From positions 186,001 to 250,000 of the IMG/VR virus record IMGVR_UViG_3300045970_000794: a stretch of DNA of 64,000 nt; one strand, written 5' to 3'. This document shows positions 50,429 through 59,566 of this stretch, piece by piece. Positions within the stretch are counted from its first letter, which is position 1. The number at the start of each line of letters is the position of its first letter. Below the pieces are notes generated by a model that searched no databases, had not been told where the DNA came from, and saw only the letters and a list, made by a program, of their open reading frames with translations. A program made the translations under genes and the position numbers.

Positions 50429-50950
50429 ATGGATATTCGAAATAAGTTTATTAAAGTAATCCGAGAATACGAGGATGTTAACCAACAGCAATATTTGGAT
50501 TGGGTTAATAAAGTATCTAGAAAAGTTGATATGGCTGATTTAGATGGTAATCTACGTTCTGATTCAACCGAACCTTACACATTAAAAAAAATGGTTAGGC
50601 AGTTATTAGCCAATTATATTAAACAAAATGAATGCTTCACAAACGCATCATTAGTTTTTAAAGCTATGAGTGGTATTGAAGGTGTTAAAGTCGCATATGT
50701 TTTAGGATTTATGGTTGAAAATGGTAAAAAATTTGGCCATGCATGGAATATTATAAACGGTAAACATTATGATTTTACCGCTAGAATATCAGAAGAAATG
50801 GATAATGAATATTATCAAATTGCAATTATCGATGATTTAAATAAGATTAAAAGCTTACCAGTGTTCAATCCAAGTGGTGAGTGTGAAAATGAAGAATATG
50901 ATGTTGATGGTATGTGTTCTATTTACCCATATTATAAAAATAATCTTTAA
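50429..50950 (+). CDS. Transglutaminase/papain-like fold protein
   Basis: NECFTNA...GHAWN..HYDFT gives a Cys-His-Asp triad. Confidence 0.6.
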   Translation: MDIRNKFIKVIREYEDVNQQQYLDWVNKVSRKVDMADLDGNLRSDSTEPYTLKKMVRQLLANYIKQNECFTNASLVFKAMSGIEGVKVAYVLGFMVENGKKFGHAWNIINGKHYDFTARISEEMDNEYYQIAIIDDLNKIKSLPVFNPSGECENEEYDVDGMCSIYPYYKNNL

Positions 50951-51001
50951 AACATTTACAATTTACAAACTACCCTTATATTTATATTTGATGATTAACC
51001 C

Positions 51002-51065
51002 AATGTGTTGGTCTTGAGTCGAAAGTCGGCTTTAAAGGTATTAATACCGAAAAGATTTGCACGTT
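51002..51065 (+). ncRNA. Candidate structured 5' leader RNA (three-way junction)
   Basis: Stems 51002-15/51052-65, 51016-22/51026-32 and 51037-40/51045-48, downstream of promoter-like motifs at 50978-50990. Confidence 0.4.
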
Positions 51066-51097
51066 AACATTATAACATTGTTAAAAAAGTTAAAATT

Positions 51098-51967
51098 ATG
51101 AAAACAAATTATGCTTCCGTTGCGGAGCCAACTGTTGGTATAGCTATCAACAAAAGTAAATTAAAGCTGTATAATAAGAACAGCAATGTTCCTGTATATT
51201 ATCTACAAAAAGGACAGGAATTTCAGATTGAAATATTCAATCCAACAAGCGACACAATTCTCGCCAAAATCAATTTAAACAGTAAGATGATATCACAAGG
51301 TGGCTTAGTATTAAGACCTAGTGAAAGAGTATTCTTAGACCGTTATTTCGATGTATCTAAAAAATTTAAATTTGATACGTATGAAGTTGGTAATTCTGAA
51401 GCTGTAAAACAAGCCATTCAAGATAATGGTGATGTTAAAGTTGAATTTTATCGTGAACAACAAGTAAATTCATATTATTACAACCCAGTTATTAATTTAT
51501 GTAGTAATAATCATACTGGAACATTTACTCGTACACCATTAATTGGTGGTACATGTAATGCTACTTATAATTCAACATCATTCGGTTATAATAGTAATAA
51601 CACTAGTAGTATTGCTAATACTGTTACCACTACAGTAGCAAGTTTTGGTACTATGGATATGTTATCTGATTGCGCTGGAACTCATGTTGATATTGGTAAA
51701 AAGAAAACATTAAAACGTTCATTAAGTGCATCAAAATCAATTGAAACTGGTAGAGTTGAACAAGGTAGTGAATCAAATCAAAAATTCCAATCGGTAAATA
51801 AAAAATTTGAATACCTTCCATTCCACATAGTAGAATATAAATTACTTCCAATATCTCAGAAAATTAATACTTCTAGTGATATGAAAGTTAAAATATATTG
51901 CGGTAATTGTGGCGCAAAAGCCAATGCTGGCGATAAGTTTTGTCGTGAGTGTGGTAATAAACACTAA
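51098..51967 (+). CDS. Uncharacterised protein with C-terminal zinc ribbon
   Basis: YCGNCG..FCRECG at C-terminus. Confidence 0.65.
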   Translation: MKTNYASVAEPTVGIAINKSKLKLYNKNSNVPVYYLQKGQEFQIEIFNPTSDTILAKINLNSKMISQGGLVLRPSERVFLDRYFDVSKKFKFDTYEVGNSEAVKQAIQDNGDVKVEFYREQQVNSYYYNPVINLCSNNHTGTFTRTPLIGGTCNATYNSTSFGYNSNNTSSIANTVTTTVASFGTMDMLSDCAGTHVDIGKKKTLKRSLSASKSIETGRVEQGSESNQKFQSVNKKFEYLPFHIVEYKLLPISQKINTSSDMKVKIYCGNCGAKANAGDKFCRECGNKH

Positions 51968-51994
51968 ATAAAAATAAGGGTTAATCATAAAAAT

Positions 51995-52027
51995 GTGGGG
52001 AAAATTTTGTTTTCCCCATTTTTTTTT
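51995..52027 (+). terminator. Intrinsic terminator overlapping next promoter
   Basis: TGGGGAAAA-ttttg-TTTTCCCCA plus T tract. Confidence 0.7.
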
Positions 52028-52036
52028 ATATCTTTG
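52006..52036 (+). promoter_or_regulatory. Bacteroidota-type promoter
   Basis: TTTG-N19-TATCTTTG, 4 nt before ATG 52041. Confidence 0.7.
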
Positions 52037-52040
52037 CAAA

Positions 52041-52376
52041 ATGAAAAGAAAAAAATTATATTTAGACGATGATAGAGTGTATAGGATTCCACCAAATGAT
52101 TCTTGGGTACGAATCTATTCATTTGATGAGTTCGTTGCTTATATCGAAGCTAATGGCCTCCCAGATGAAATTTCGTTTGACCATGATTTAGGTGAGTTAA
52201 ATGGAGTGATTCAAAAAGATGGAAAAGACTGTGCTAATTATTTGGTTAATTATTGCATTGACCATAATTTAGATTTACCTAAATATGATTGTCATTCAGC
52301 TAATCCATGTGGTTGGGATAATATAAAAGGATTACTCGATTCTTATAGTAAATTTAGGTTAAAGAATGGCATTTAA
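52041..52376 (+). CDS. Cyclic-phosphate-processing receiver-domain protein
   Basis: LYLDDDR..ISFDHDLG..GKDCANYL..HSANP.G. Confidence 0.75.
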   Translation: MKRKKLYLDDDRVYRIPPNDSWVRIYSFDEFVAYIEANGLPDEISFDHDLGELNGVIQKDGKDCANYLVNYCIDHNLDLPKYDCHSANPCGWDNIKGLLDSYSKFRLKNGI

Positions 52377-52383
52377 CCTTTAA

Positions 52384-52959
52384 TTGGTATATTTATATAG
52401 AAATGTATTAATTGTGAATTTATCAGATAAACTACATAATAAATTGACTCAATATCTATTCGAAAATAGTCAGTTTACCAATTGGGTTATGCCTTCCGAT
52501 GAAGATTTAGCTTTAGAGTATAATCTTGAATATGAAATGAAGCATTTAGGTTCATATATTCAAGATGTTATGGATGAATACGGTTACGATACTGGTGATA
52601 GTATTTTCCCTAATGCAATGTCTTTTGTTAAAGCAGCTAAAGCTGGACGAGTTATAATGGTTGATAAATCGTTAGATAATCTAATTGATTATCGTTCAAA
52701 TTGTAATTCTATTGAATGTTTAATTTCATTGATTAAAGGGTATCGTTCATATCCAAAATATAGGAATGAAGATACTATTAATGCAATGGCCCAAGGATTC
52801 GACCAAAATAAACCAATGAAATTACCAATCGTACTGAAATTTTCAGATGATGAATATAGGGTAATGGGTGGAAATACTAGAATGGACATGGCTTTTATTA
52901 AAGGCATTAACCCAAAAGTATTGGTGGTTGATTTAAGAAGATTTGCTAAGAAATTATAA
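52384..52959 (+). CDS. ParB/sulfiredoxin-like domain protein; start probably near 52414
   Basis: PIVLK..YRVMGGNTRMDMA. Confidence 0.55.
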   Translation: MVYLYRNVLIVNLSDKLHNKLTQYLFENSQFTNWVMPSDEDLALEYNLEYEMKHLGSYIQDVMDEYGYDTGDSIFPNAMSFVKAAKAGRVIMVDKSLDNLIDYRSNCNSIECLISLIKGYRSYPKYRNEDTINAMAQGFDQNKPMKLPIVLKFSDDEYRVMGGNTRMDMAFIKGINPKVLVVDLRRFAKKL

Positions 52960-53280
52960 TTTATTTAATATATCTTTCATAGCCTCATCAATTGTTTTAC
53001 CAATATATTTTTGACTCCTACAGAAATTAACTTGGCATTTACCTAATTCATTACTTTCTTTACCAGTTGGCTTAAATTCAAGACTTCTAGTGTTATTTCC
53101 CCATATTTTATAATCCCGTAACATTTCAGTGCCACAGCATTCTGAGTTACAACCAAGAGACATACAGTGATTATCAGCGACAAAAAATTTAAGATTATAT
53201 TTTTCACATAATTCTTTAGCTAAATTAATGTACTCTTCTTTTTTTACTTTATCCATTTCCCAATCAGAACCAGTTTTCAT
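52954..53280 (-). pseudogene. Cys-rich ORF resembling an isolated C-terminal part of a radical-SAM-like protein
   Basis: AKELCEKYNLKFFVADN..ECCG; no CxxxCxxC motif; in-frame stop about 8 codons upstream of the ATG. Confidence 0.3.
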
Positions 53281-53336
53281 ACCATAATTTCTTTTCCATG
53301 ATTAAAATATAACCAGTGGAAAATATAAGTAAATAA

Positions 53337-53364
53337 AAAAGCCACACGTTAATGTGGCTTTCTT
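53337..53364 (-). terminator. Intrinsic terminator
   Basis: aaaaGCCACAcgttaaTGTGGCttt. Confidence 0.7.
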
Positions 53365-53790
53365 TTATTTATCTCCCCCGACTAAAAGTACGAAGGTATA
53401 CGTACCATTACAATCACCATCGGCAAACCATTCTTTAGTTTTACCAGTTGTTATTGCATAAATAGTTTTATAACCTTTTTTAGCTTTCAACGTGGTATTT
53501 GACCAACCATCTAACACACCTTTAGAAACACCATCAACATAAACTTCAACCATATATCCTGTGTTGTTAGCAATTTCAATTGAGCATTCTTTAGAACCAC
53601 GTGTTCTTTGTTGGTCCAAAGCTGGGTCTTCTAATGGATTGTCATCATTAGTTGTTATCGCTGTTTTAATCATTGGATTATTCCAAGCTTCACGAACAAC
53701 ATTTTTTGATTTAACTTCCACTTTCAATTCTTGTGCGAATGAACTTCCAACGAAGGTCATAATTGCAATTAATAATAATAATTTTTTCAT
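53365..53790 (-). CDS. Secreted protein with Sec signal peptide
   Basis: MKKLLLLIAIMTFVGSSFA|Q; C-terminal beta domain (NNTGYMVEVYVDG). Confidence 0.7.
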   Translation of the reverse strand: MKKLLLLIAIMTFVGSSFAQELKVEVKSKNVVREAWNNPMIKTAITTNDDNPLEDPALDQQRTRGSKECSIEIANNTGYMVEVYVDGVSKGVLDGWSNTTLKAKKGYKTIYAITTGKTKEWFADGDCNGTYTFVLLVGGDK

Positions 53791-53845
53791 TTTTAATTTG
53801 TTTTTATATTAATAAAATAACTAATGAAAAGGTAACCACAAAAAA

Positions 53846-53877
53846 AAAGCCCTACATTACTGTAAGGCTTTTCTTTA
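53846..53877 (-). terminator. Intrinsic terminator after the orphan capsid 3' end
   Basis: aaaGCC(C)TACA-ttac-TGTAAGGCttt flanked by A and T tracts. Confidence 0.65.
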
Positions 53878-53892
53878 TTTATCTAGAAGAGA

Positions 53893-53961
53893 TTATCTCA
53901 ATTCATTGATGTTGAATGTAGGAACACCATCTACTCTTACATGCCCGTAAAACCTGTTGTT
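53893..53961 (-). repeat. Orphan, synonymously recoded copy of the major capsid gene 3' end
   Basis: Encodes NNRFYGHVRVDGVPTFNINELR*, identical to 56072..56140; 11 of 69 nt differ, all silent. Confidence 0.95.
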
Positions 53962-53964
53962 AAA

Positions 53965-53996
53965 TTTGCATTTTTAAAATAATTTTAGTATCTTTG
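53965..53996 (+). promoter_or_regulatory. Bacteroidota-type promoter of the Zn-finger nuclease gene
   Basis: TTTG-N20-TATCTTTG, 5 nt before ATG 54002. Confidence 0.75.
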
Positions 53997-54001
53997 TATT
54001 T

Positions 54002-55318
54002 ATGAAAAAATTAACAAATGAAGCGTTTTTTAAAGGAATAGAAAAAGAACATGGGGATAAATATGATTATTCTAAACTTGAGTATATAAATATGAGTACT
54101 AAAGTAACTATCATATGTCCAATACATGGCGAATTTAAGCAAAGACCACATAATCATGTAGAAGGTAAAGGGTGTCCTAAATGTGGATTTGATAGAACAA
54201 GAAATAGTAAAGTTAAAACAACTAATAAATTTATTGCACAAGCCAATGAAATTCACAATAATAAATATGATTATTCTAAAACCAATTATACAACTGGTAT
54301 TATAAAAGTAATTATTATATGTCCAATACACGGTGAATTTAAACAAGACCCATATAACCACCTACAAGGTAAGGGGTGCCCTAAATGTGGTAAAGTTTAT
54401 AAACCAACAACAGAAGAGTTCATTCAAAAAGTTAGGGGAGTTCATGGAGATAAATATGATTATTCTTTATTTAAATATGTTACCAGTTCAACAGCAAGTG
54501 AAATAATATGTCCAATACATGGAAAATTTAAACAAACACCACAAAACCACCTTAAAGGGAAAGGCTGTTTTAAATGTGGTAAAGCTTATGCTAGTAGGTA
54601 AAGAAGATATAAATTAGATGATGTTATTATTAAATTAAAAAATAAAGGGTTTTATGATGAATCATATAAATATGAAGAAATTTTATTTATAGATGGTGGG
54701 TCGAAAATGTTAATTACTAATAAATATACTAATACAAAACATATTACACCAGTACACAATATATTAAGACGAAAAACTAATTGTTGTTTTGATAATGCTA
54801 TTAATAAACAAGAATACCTTATTAGTATGAGTAATATTGTTCATGATAATAAATATAATTATTCTAAAGTTAATTATAAATCAGCTATATTTAAAATTAT
54901 AATTACATGTCCTACGCATGGTGATTTTAAACAAACTTTTAATTCACATTTAAGAGGTTCTGGGTGTCCTAGATGTTCTGATAGTAAAGGTGAGAAAAAA
55001 ATAAGAAAATTACTAAAGAGTAATGATATTATATTTATCCATCAATATAAATTTAATAATTGTAAGAATGTAAGACCTTTACCTTTTGATTTTTATTTAC
55101 CAGATTATAACGTGTGTATTGAATATAATGGAAAACAACATTATGAACCGATTAAACATTTTGGTGGTAAAAAACAATTAATTTATATACAAAAAAATGA
55201 TAAAATTAAACAAGAATTTTGTGAAAAAGAAGGTATTAAATTAATCACTGTAAAATATAATGAAGATATTGAAGAACGATTAACCGAAGAGTTAAAGAAT
55301 TTGAGTTCCTTTACTTAA
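54002..55318 (+). pseudogene. Zn-finger-repeat PD-(D/E)xK-like endonuclease interrupted by one in-frame TAA
   Basis: ORFs 54002..54601 and 54707..55318 are in one frame; only TAA 54599-54601 interrupts. C-terminus PFDFYLPDYNVCIEYNG matches 1874..2791. Confidence 0.8.
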
Positions 55319-55975
55319 ATTGTCCTCACCCCATAATGGTTGAAGATTATCCAAACGCCAACACTCCTTAAACTCTAGGTCATCAGTACTTTCAAACATA
55401 AAACTATTCATCGGTTTTTTATGGTCTACATGCCACTCACCATAATTATCCCACGTCATTCCATCGGTAAATAAGTTCTCTAAATGAATCATCAATTCTT
55501 CGATACTATAACCTAATAATGCAAATGTTTTATTCGTCTTATTAACATTACGTTCTTTAAGCATTTGCCATACCGCTGTGCGTGTTCTAACACCTAAACG
55601 ATACTTTGGGTCCTCAGCACGTCTTTTACGCTCATAATCACGCTTATATTTGTTTACATGTTCTTTATTTTCATCTCTCCAACTTGAGTGATACTTTCGC
55701 AATTCTTTTCTATTTTCGTTAGACCATTCTTTATGGTATTCGCTAAGGTCTTCTTTATTTTTTTCATAATAACGTTTAGCGGCAGCTGGTTTCCCACCTA
55801 TAAATCGTTTACCAGAAGGTCCAAACACAACACCGTTTTCTTTAAGTGTTCTAATTATTATCGTTTTATGTATACCCATTCGTTCACTAATAGTCGTAGA
55901 CCCAAGTAATTTATCATTATACATTTTCAAACACTCTTGTGTTTGCTCTGGTGTTAATTCTATTTTTTTACTCAT
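55292..55975 (-). CDS. HNH homing endonuclease with N-terminal HTH
   Basis: GMTWDNYGEWHVDHKKP..NLQPLWGEDNLSKG; own TATCTTTG promoter at 55979-55986 (minus). Confidence 0.85.
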   Translation of the reverse strand: MSKKIELTPEQTQECLKMYNDKLLGSTTISERMGIHKTIIIRTLKENGVVFGPSGKRFIGGKPAAAKRYYEKNKEDLSEYHKEWSNENRKELRKYHSSWRDENKEHVNKYKRDYERKRRAEDPKYRLGVRTRTAVWQMLKERNVNKTNKTFALLGYSIEELMIHLENLFTDGMTWDNYGEWHVDHKKPMNSFMFESTDDLEFKECWRLDNLQPLWGEDNLSKGTQIL

Positions 55976-56022
55976 ATACAAAGATACTAATAATAGTTTA
56001 TAAAGTCAAGTAATATTAACAA

Positions 56023-56048
56023 AAAAGGTGGAGATAAATCCACCTTTT
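56023..56048 (-). terminator. Terminator of the major capsid gene
   Basis: aaaaGGTGGA-gataaa-TCCACCtttt. Confidence 0.75.
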
Positions 56049-56071
56049 AAGTTTTATATTATCAAGAGTGA

Positions 56072-57859
56072 TTATCTCAACTCATTAATATTGAATGTAG
56101 GTACACCATCAACTCTTACGTGACCATAGAAACGGTTGTTCACAACTTTCTTAGCGTAACGTGTCATTATACCCTTAACAGGGGCAAAGTTGAATGGGTT
56201 GTACATTGTTGGAGTAAGTTGCAAAGGCACGTATGGTGCGTAGATGTAACCAGTATCCAATAATGATTTACCTTTATGACCGATAATCATTGAGTAGTAA
56301 GGAGCATAAGGGTCACGATACACTTGGTAACGTCCACTTAATGAACCAATTCTTTCAATACCCATGTTGTATTGGTCTTGTTCTGGACTTGCGTCAGAAA
56401 CGTGGAAATATTCTAAATCGTCAAATATAGCACTGATTTCAGAAGATACAACGATGAAGTTAGCACCACCTCTAAGTGTAGATTTATGGATTTGTGCTGA
56501 AATTTGGTTAACTTTAGTTAATAAAGTTTGATTCCAGTCTTTTTGAGTGTAAGGACTTGCAGCTGTAGAAGCTTTTCTCCAACCTTGGTAATCCCATCTC
56601 ATTTGCCATGCAGCAGCTTTACGTAAATCACGAAGGATTTCACGGTCAATTTCAGCAGCTACTTGTTCAGACAACATAGCAGTCAATTCAGCTTCAGCAT
56701 CGATGTTGTGGAATGCACTAACGTCTTGAGCCAATTCTGGTGACCATGTTGCACGTAATTTTCTTTCTTCAACAGATACAACAACTTCGTCAAGTTTGAA
56801 AGAAATTTCAGCAAGTTCAGTTTCTAATTCAAGAGTTGCATAAGTTGCATATGATACTGTAAATGCAGTTGCACCAGTTGCAGCATAAGTACTAGAACTT
56901 ACAGCTCCAACATAACCATCATATGTAGATGTACCGTTAGATGATACTGGGTGACTTAAATCAAGGTCTAAATACATAATACCTTCAGCGTCACAAATAT
57001 CAGTATATTCAACAATACCTTTACCGTATTTTTGAGTTACAATTCTAAATGGAACTTCAGCATTTTGTGCAATGATTACTTTACCATCTGGGTCAGTAAT
57101 TGCAGCGTTTGCACTAACAATTTTAAGACCAGCTAAGAAGCTTTCAGTATCCATTGGATGTCCATCAGGTCCGTTTAATCTACCAGCACCACTACCAGTG
57201 AAACCAGTTACTTTAAGGATTACGTTTCTGATTGAACCATCAACTGCGTAAGTTGGGGTTGTTGCATTAGCCCAAACACCATTAGCATTTAATGTAACAG
57301 GTTGAGTCAATGTCATTGCATTGATAGTTATTGTACCTTTTGAGTTGTCAAATAAACCATCATTGTAATATAAATCGTAAAGTGATTTACTTCTGAAAGT
57401 TGTTTCTAAACAACCATCAATAACACAACTTGGAAGTTGTCCAACAGCCATACCAGTGTGAGCTGAATATGTTGCACCGTCAATCCATGGGTCACCATAA
57501 GTTCCAGTTGAATTATTTGTTCTGTAAGAAGTTTGTGGTACGAAGAAGAACAATTTACCAATTGGCATGTTCAACGCTTGTACAGACACGATATCGTTAG
57601 CTAAAAGCTTAGAGAATACTCTTCTTACGATAGGGAATACTACTGTTTCGAAAGAACCAGAAGAATCCGCTGTAGTGTTTTCGGTTAATAAAGTACTAGC
57701 TTGGTTTTCATAAAGCTGAGCAATATTTTCCTTAACGTGGCCTTTAAGACCTTCTAAGAATCCAAGAGATTCCCATTTTTCTTGAGTCATTTTACGGATA
57801 ACTTTCATGTGGTTTAATCCAATGTTACCTACTTGACCTGATGTTAATAAATGTCCCAT
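56072..57859 (-). CDS. Major capsid protein (T4 gp23-like)
   Basis: PIVRRVF..VSVQ..P.GKLF; RKLRATWSPELAQD..DAEAEL..EIDREI; YAPYVPL..GIMTRY. Confidence 0.97.
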   Translation of the reverse strand: MGHLLTSGQVGNIGLNHMKVIRKMTQEKWESLGFLEGLKGHVKENIAQLYENQASTLLTENTTADSSGSFETVVFPIVRRVFSKLLANDIVSVQALNMPIGKLFFFVPQTSYRTNNSTGTYGDPWIDGATYSAHTGMAVGQLPSCVIDGCLETTFRSKSLYDLYYNDGLFDNSKGTITINAMTLTQPVTLNANGVWANATTPTYAVDGSIRNVILKVTGFTGSGAGRLNGPDGHPMDTESFLAGLKIVSANAAITDPDGKVIIAQNAEVPFRIVTQKYGKGIVEYTDICDAEGIMYLDLDLSHPVSSNGTSTYDGYVGAVSSSTYAATGATAFTVSYATYATLELETELAEISFKLDEVVVSVEERKLRATWSPELAQDVSAFHNIDAEAELTAMLSEQVAAEIDREILRDLRKAAAWQMRWDYQGWRKASTAASPYTQKDWNQTLLTKVNQISAQIHKSTLRGGANFIVVSSEISAIFDDLEYFHVSDASPEQDQYNMGIERIGSLSGRYQVYRDPYAPYYSMIIGHKGKSLLDTGYIYAPYVPLQLTPTMYNPFNFAPVKGIMTRYAKKVVNNRFYGHVRVDGVPTFNINELR

Positions 57860-57894
57860 AATTTAATATGTTTAATTTTTAATTTTTATTATTA

Positions 57895-59409
57895 TTATCT
57901 TGTTTCAACTCTATTGATTAAGTCAATTATTCTTTTTGTTGATTGGTCAACATATGCTGTTGATTCACTCAATTGACTTGCTCCAGAGCCTTGAACCTTA
58001 GTTGTTTTATCAACGATAGATTCGGTTATTGTTTTCTTGCTACCTAATTCGTTAGCAATTGTTTTGTAAAGCCTTTTAGATTCTTTCAATGAAGTTACTT
58101 CGCTATCGAATCTCTTCATGATGTCTTCTTTTTCCACCTTAGTAGTACTGTGTTCAGTAACCAATTTAACTACGTATGTTAAATTAGAGTTGTATACTAC
58201 GGCTTCAGCTAACATATCTCTAAATTTGCCTAAGTTAGCTTTGAATTCTTCTCTCTCTTGGCGAAGTGCTTTAACTTCAGTCAATAGAGCATTATATCTT
58301 TTTGTAACTTCTTCAGTAACTAATTTTTTAGCTGATGCTACTTTGGATTCAGCAGTTGTTCCAGCAGCTTTTCTTGCTGGTTCGTGACGTTGTGGTTGAT
58401 TTTGGCCACCAGCTTTTCTGCCTTGTGCGTATGTCAATCTTTCGCCTTCTTCCATAGTTTCTGGTTCAACTTCTTCAGTTTCCATTACATGTTCTGCGTG
58501 TCCTGTTTTAGAACCGTTAGGGTCTTTTTCAGTAAATCCACCAGTTAAATTGTCGCCTTTAATAGTGTCTGATTTTTCACCTTTTTGACCTTCAATGTTT
58601 CCGCTTGGTAATTTTCCACCACCAACTTCATCACTCTTGTCATGACCATCTTTTCTTGGCTTTCCAGTAGATGCAATATCTCTACCAATGTTTTCCATTT
58701 CATGAAGTTCTATTTCGTAAACTACACTTTCACCTTTTAATTCATCGTCATCGTCACCTTCAGCTTTTTCCTCAGCTTCTTCACCTGGAGTTTCGCCAGC
58801 TTCATGTTCTGGGGTTTCGTCTTTAGCTTCGTCACCTAGGCTAAATTCGTATTCTGGTTCGTTTGACTCTTCATCACCAATGCCTAATTCTGGAGTTTCA
58901 ATTGATTCTTCAGAACCGATACCAGCTTCAGTAGGTTCACCACCGCCAAGTTTAACAACATATTCGTTGCCACTTTGAGGGTCTTTAATTTTAACTTCAT
59001 TGTTTGACACAATTTCGATTTCGTCTTCACCACTAAGTTTTTTGAATACTGAAATAACTTCATCATCAGATGCAGTAGTTAAATCTAATGTATCCATGCC
59101 TCCCATTTCTGGTTCCATTTCTGGTTCCATTTCTGGTTCCATTTCTGGTGTTTCGGCTGACTCTGGATTTTCATCATCCATTGGAAGAGCTGGAAGGTTT
59201 TCGCCGCCCATTTCGTCATCGGTGTCTAATTTTGGAGTGTTGACATCTTCTTCATCATAATCTGCTTCACTAAGCGATTCTTTCACAACAGCATTAATTT
59301 CTTCATGCATAGTAGCACGTAGTATTTCTTTCGTGTTTGCTTTCAAGACAGCTTGAATTGATTCAATATCAATTAATGCTTCGTCTATTAATTTTTTCTT
59401 TTCAGCCAT
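57895..59409 (-). CDS. Prohead scaffolding/core protein
   Basis: Very acidic, coiled-coil C-terminus, located between protease and capsid genes. Confidence 0.75.
   Translation of the reverse strand: MAEKKKLIDEALIDIESIQAVLKANTKEILRATMHEEINAVVKESLSEADYDEEDVNTPKLDTDDEMGGENLPALPMDDENPESAETPEMEPEMEPEMEPEMGGMDTLDLTTASDDEVISVFKKLSGEDEIEIVSNNEVKIKDPQSGNEYVVKLGGGEPTEAGIGSEESIETPELGIGDEESNEPEYEFSLGDEAKDETPEHEAGETPGEEAEEKAEGDDDDELKGESVVYEIELHEMENIGRDIASTGKPRKDGHDKSDEVGGGKLPSGNIEGQKGEKSDTIKGDNLTGGFTEKDPNGSKTGHAEHVMETEEVEPETMEEGERLTYAQGRKAGGQNQPQRHEPARKAAGTTAESKVASAKKLVTEEVTKRYNALLTEVKALRQEREEFKANLGKFRDMLAEAVVYNSNLTYVVKLVTEHSTTKVEKEDIMKRFDSEVTSLKESKRLYKTIANELGSKKTITESIVDKTTKVQGSGASQLSESTAYVDQSTKRIIDLINRVETR
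59104..59149. repeat. 12-bp tandem repeat encoding PEME
   Basis: (catttctggttc)x3 plus partial copy. Confidence 0.8.
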
Positions 59410-59566
59410 TTCAAACTAATTTAATTATAAGTTTATTTCTGTAATTAATAAATATGTGTTATTTTTAGAAAGTATAAATTGATTATCAATAAATGCACAC
59501 ATTTTTTAATCTTATTGTTTGGTTTTATTTAAAAACCTTTTAATTTTAGGTAAAAATCATTGTTTA

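Noticed and set aside
53893-56140. Diversity-generating retroelement TR/VR pair or invertible segment
   Set aside because: Differences are silent and not adenine-specific, the repeats are direct, and no reverse transcriptase or recombinase is in the window.
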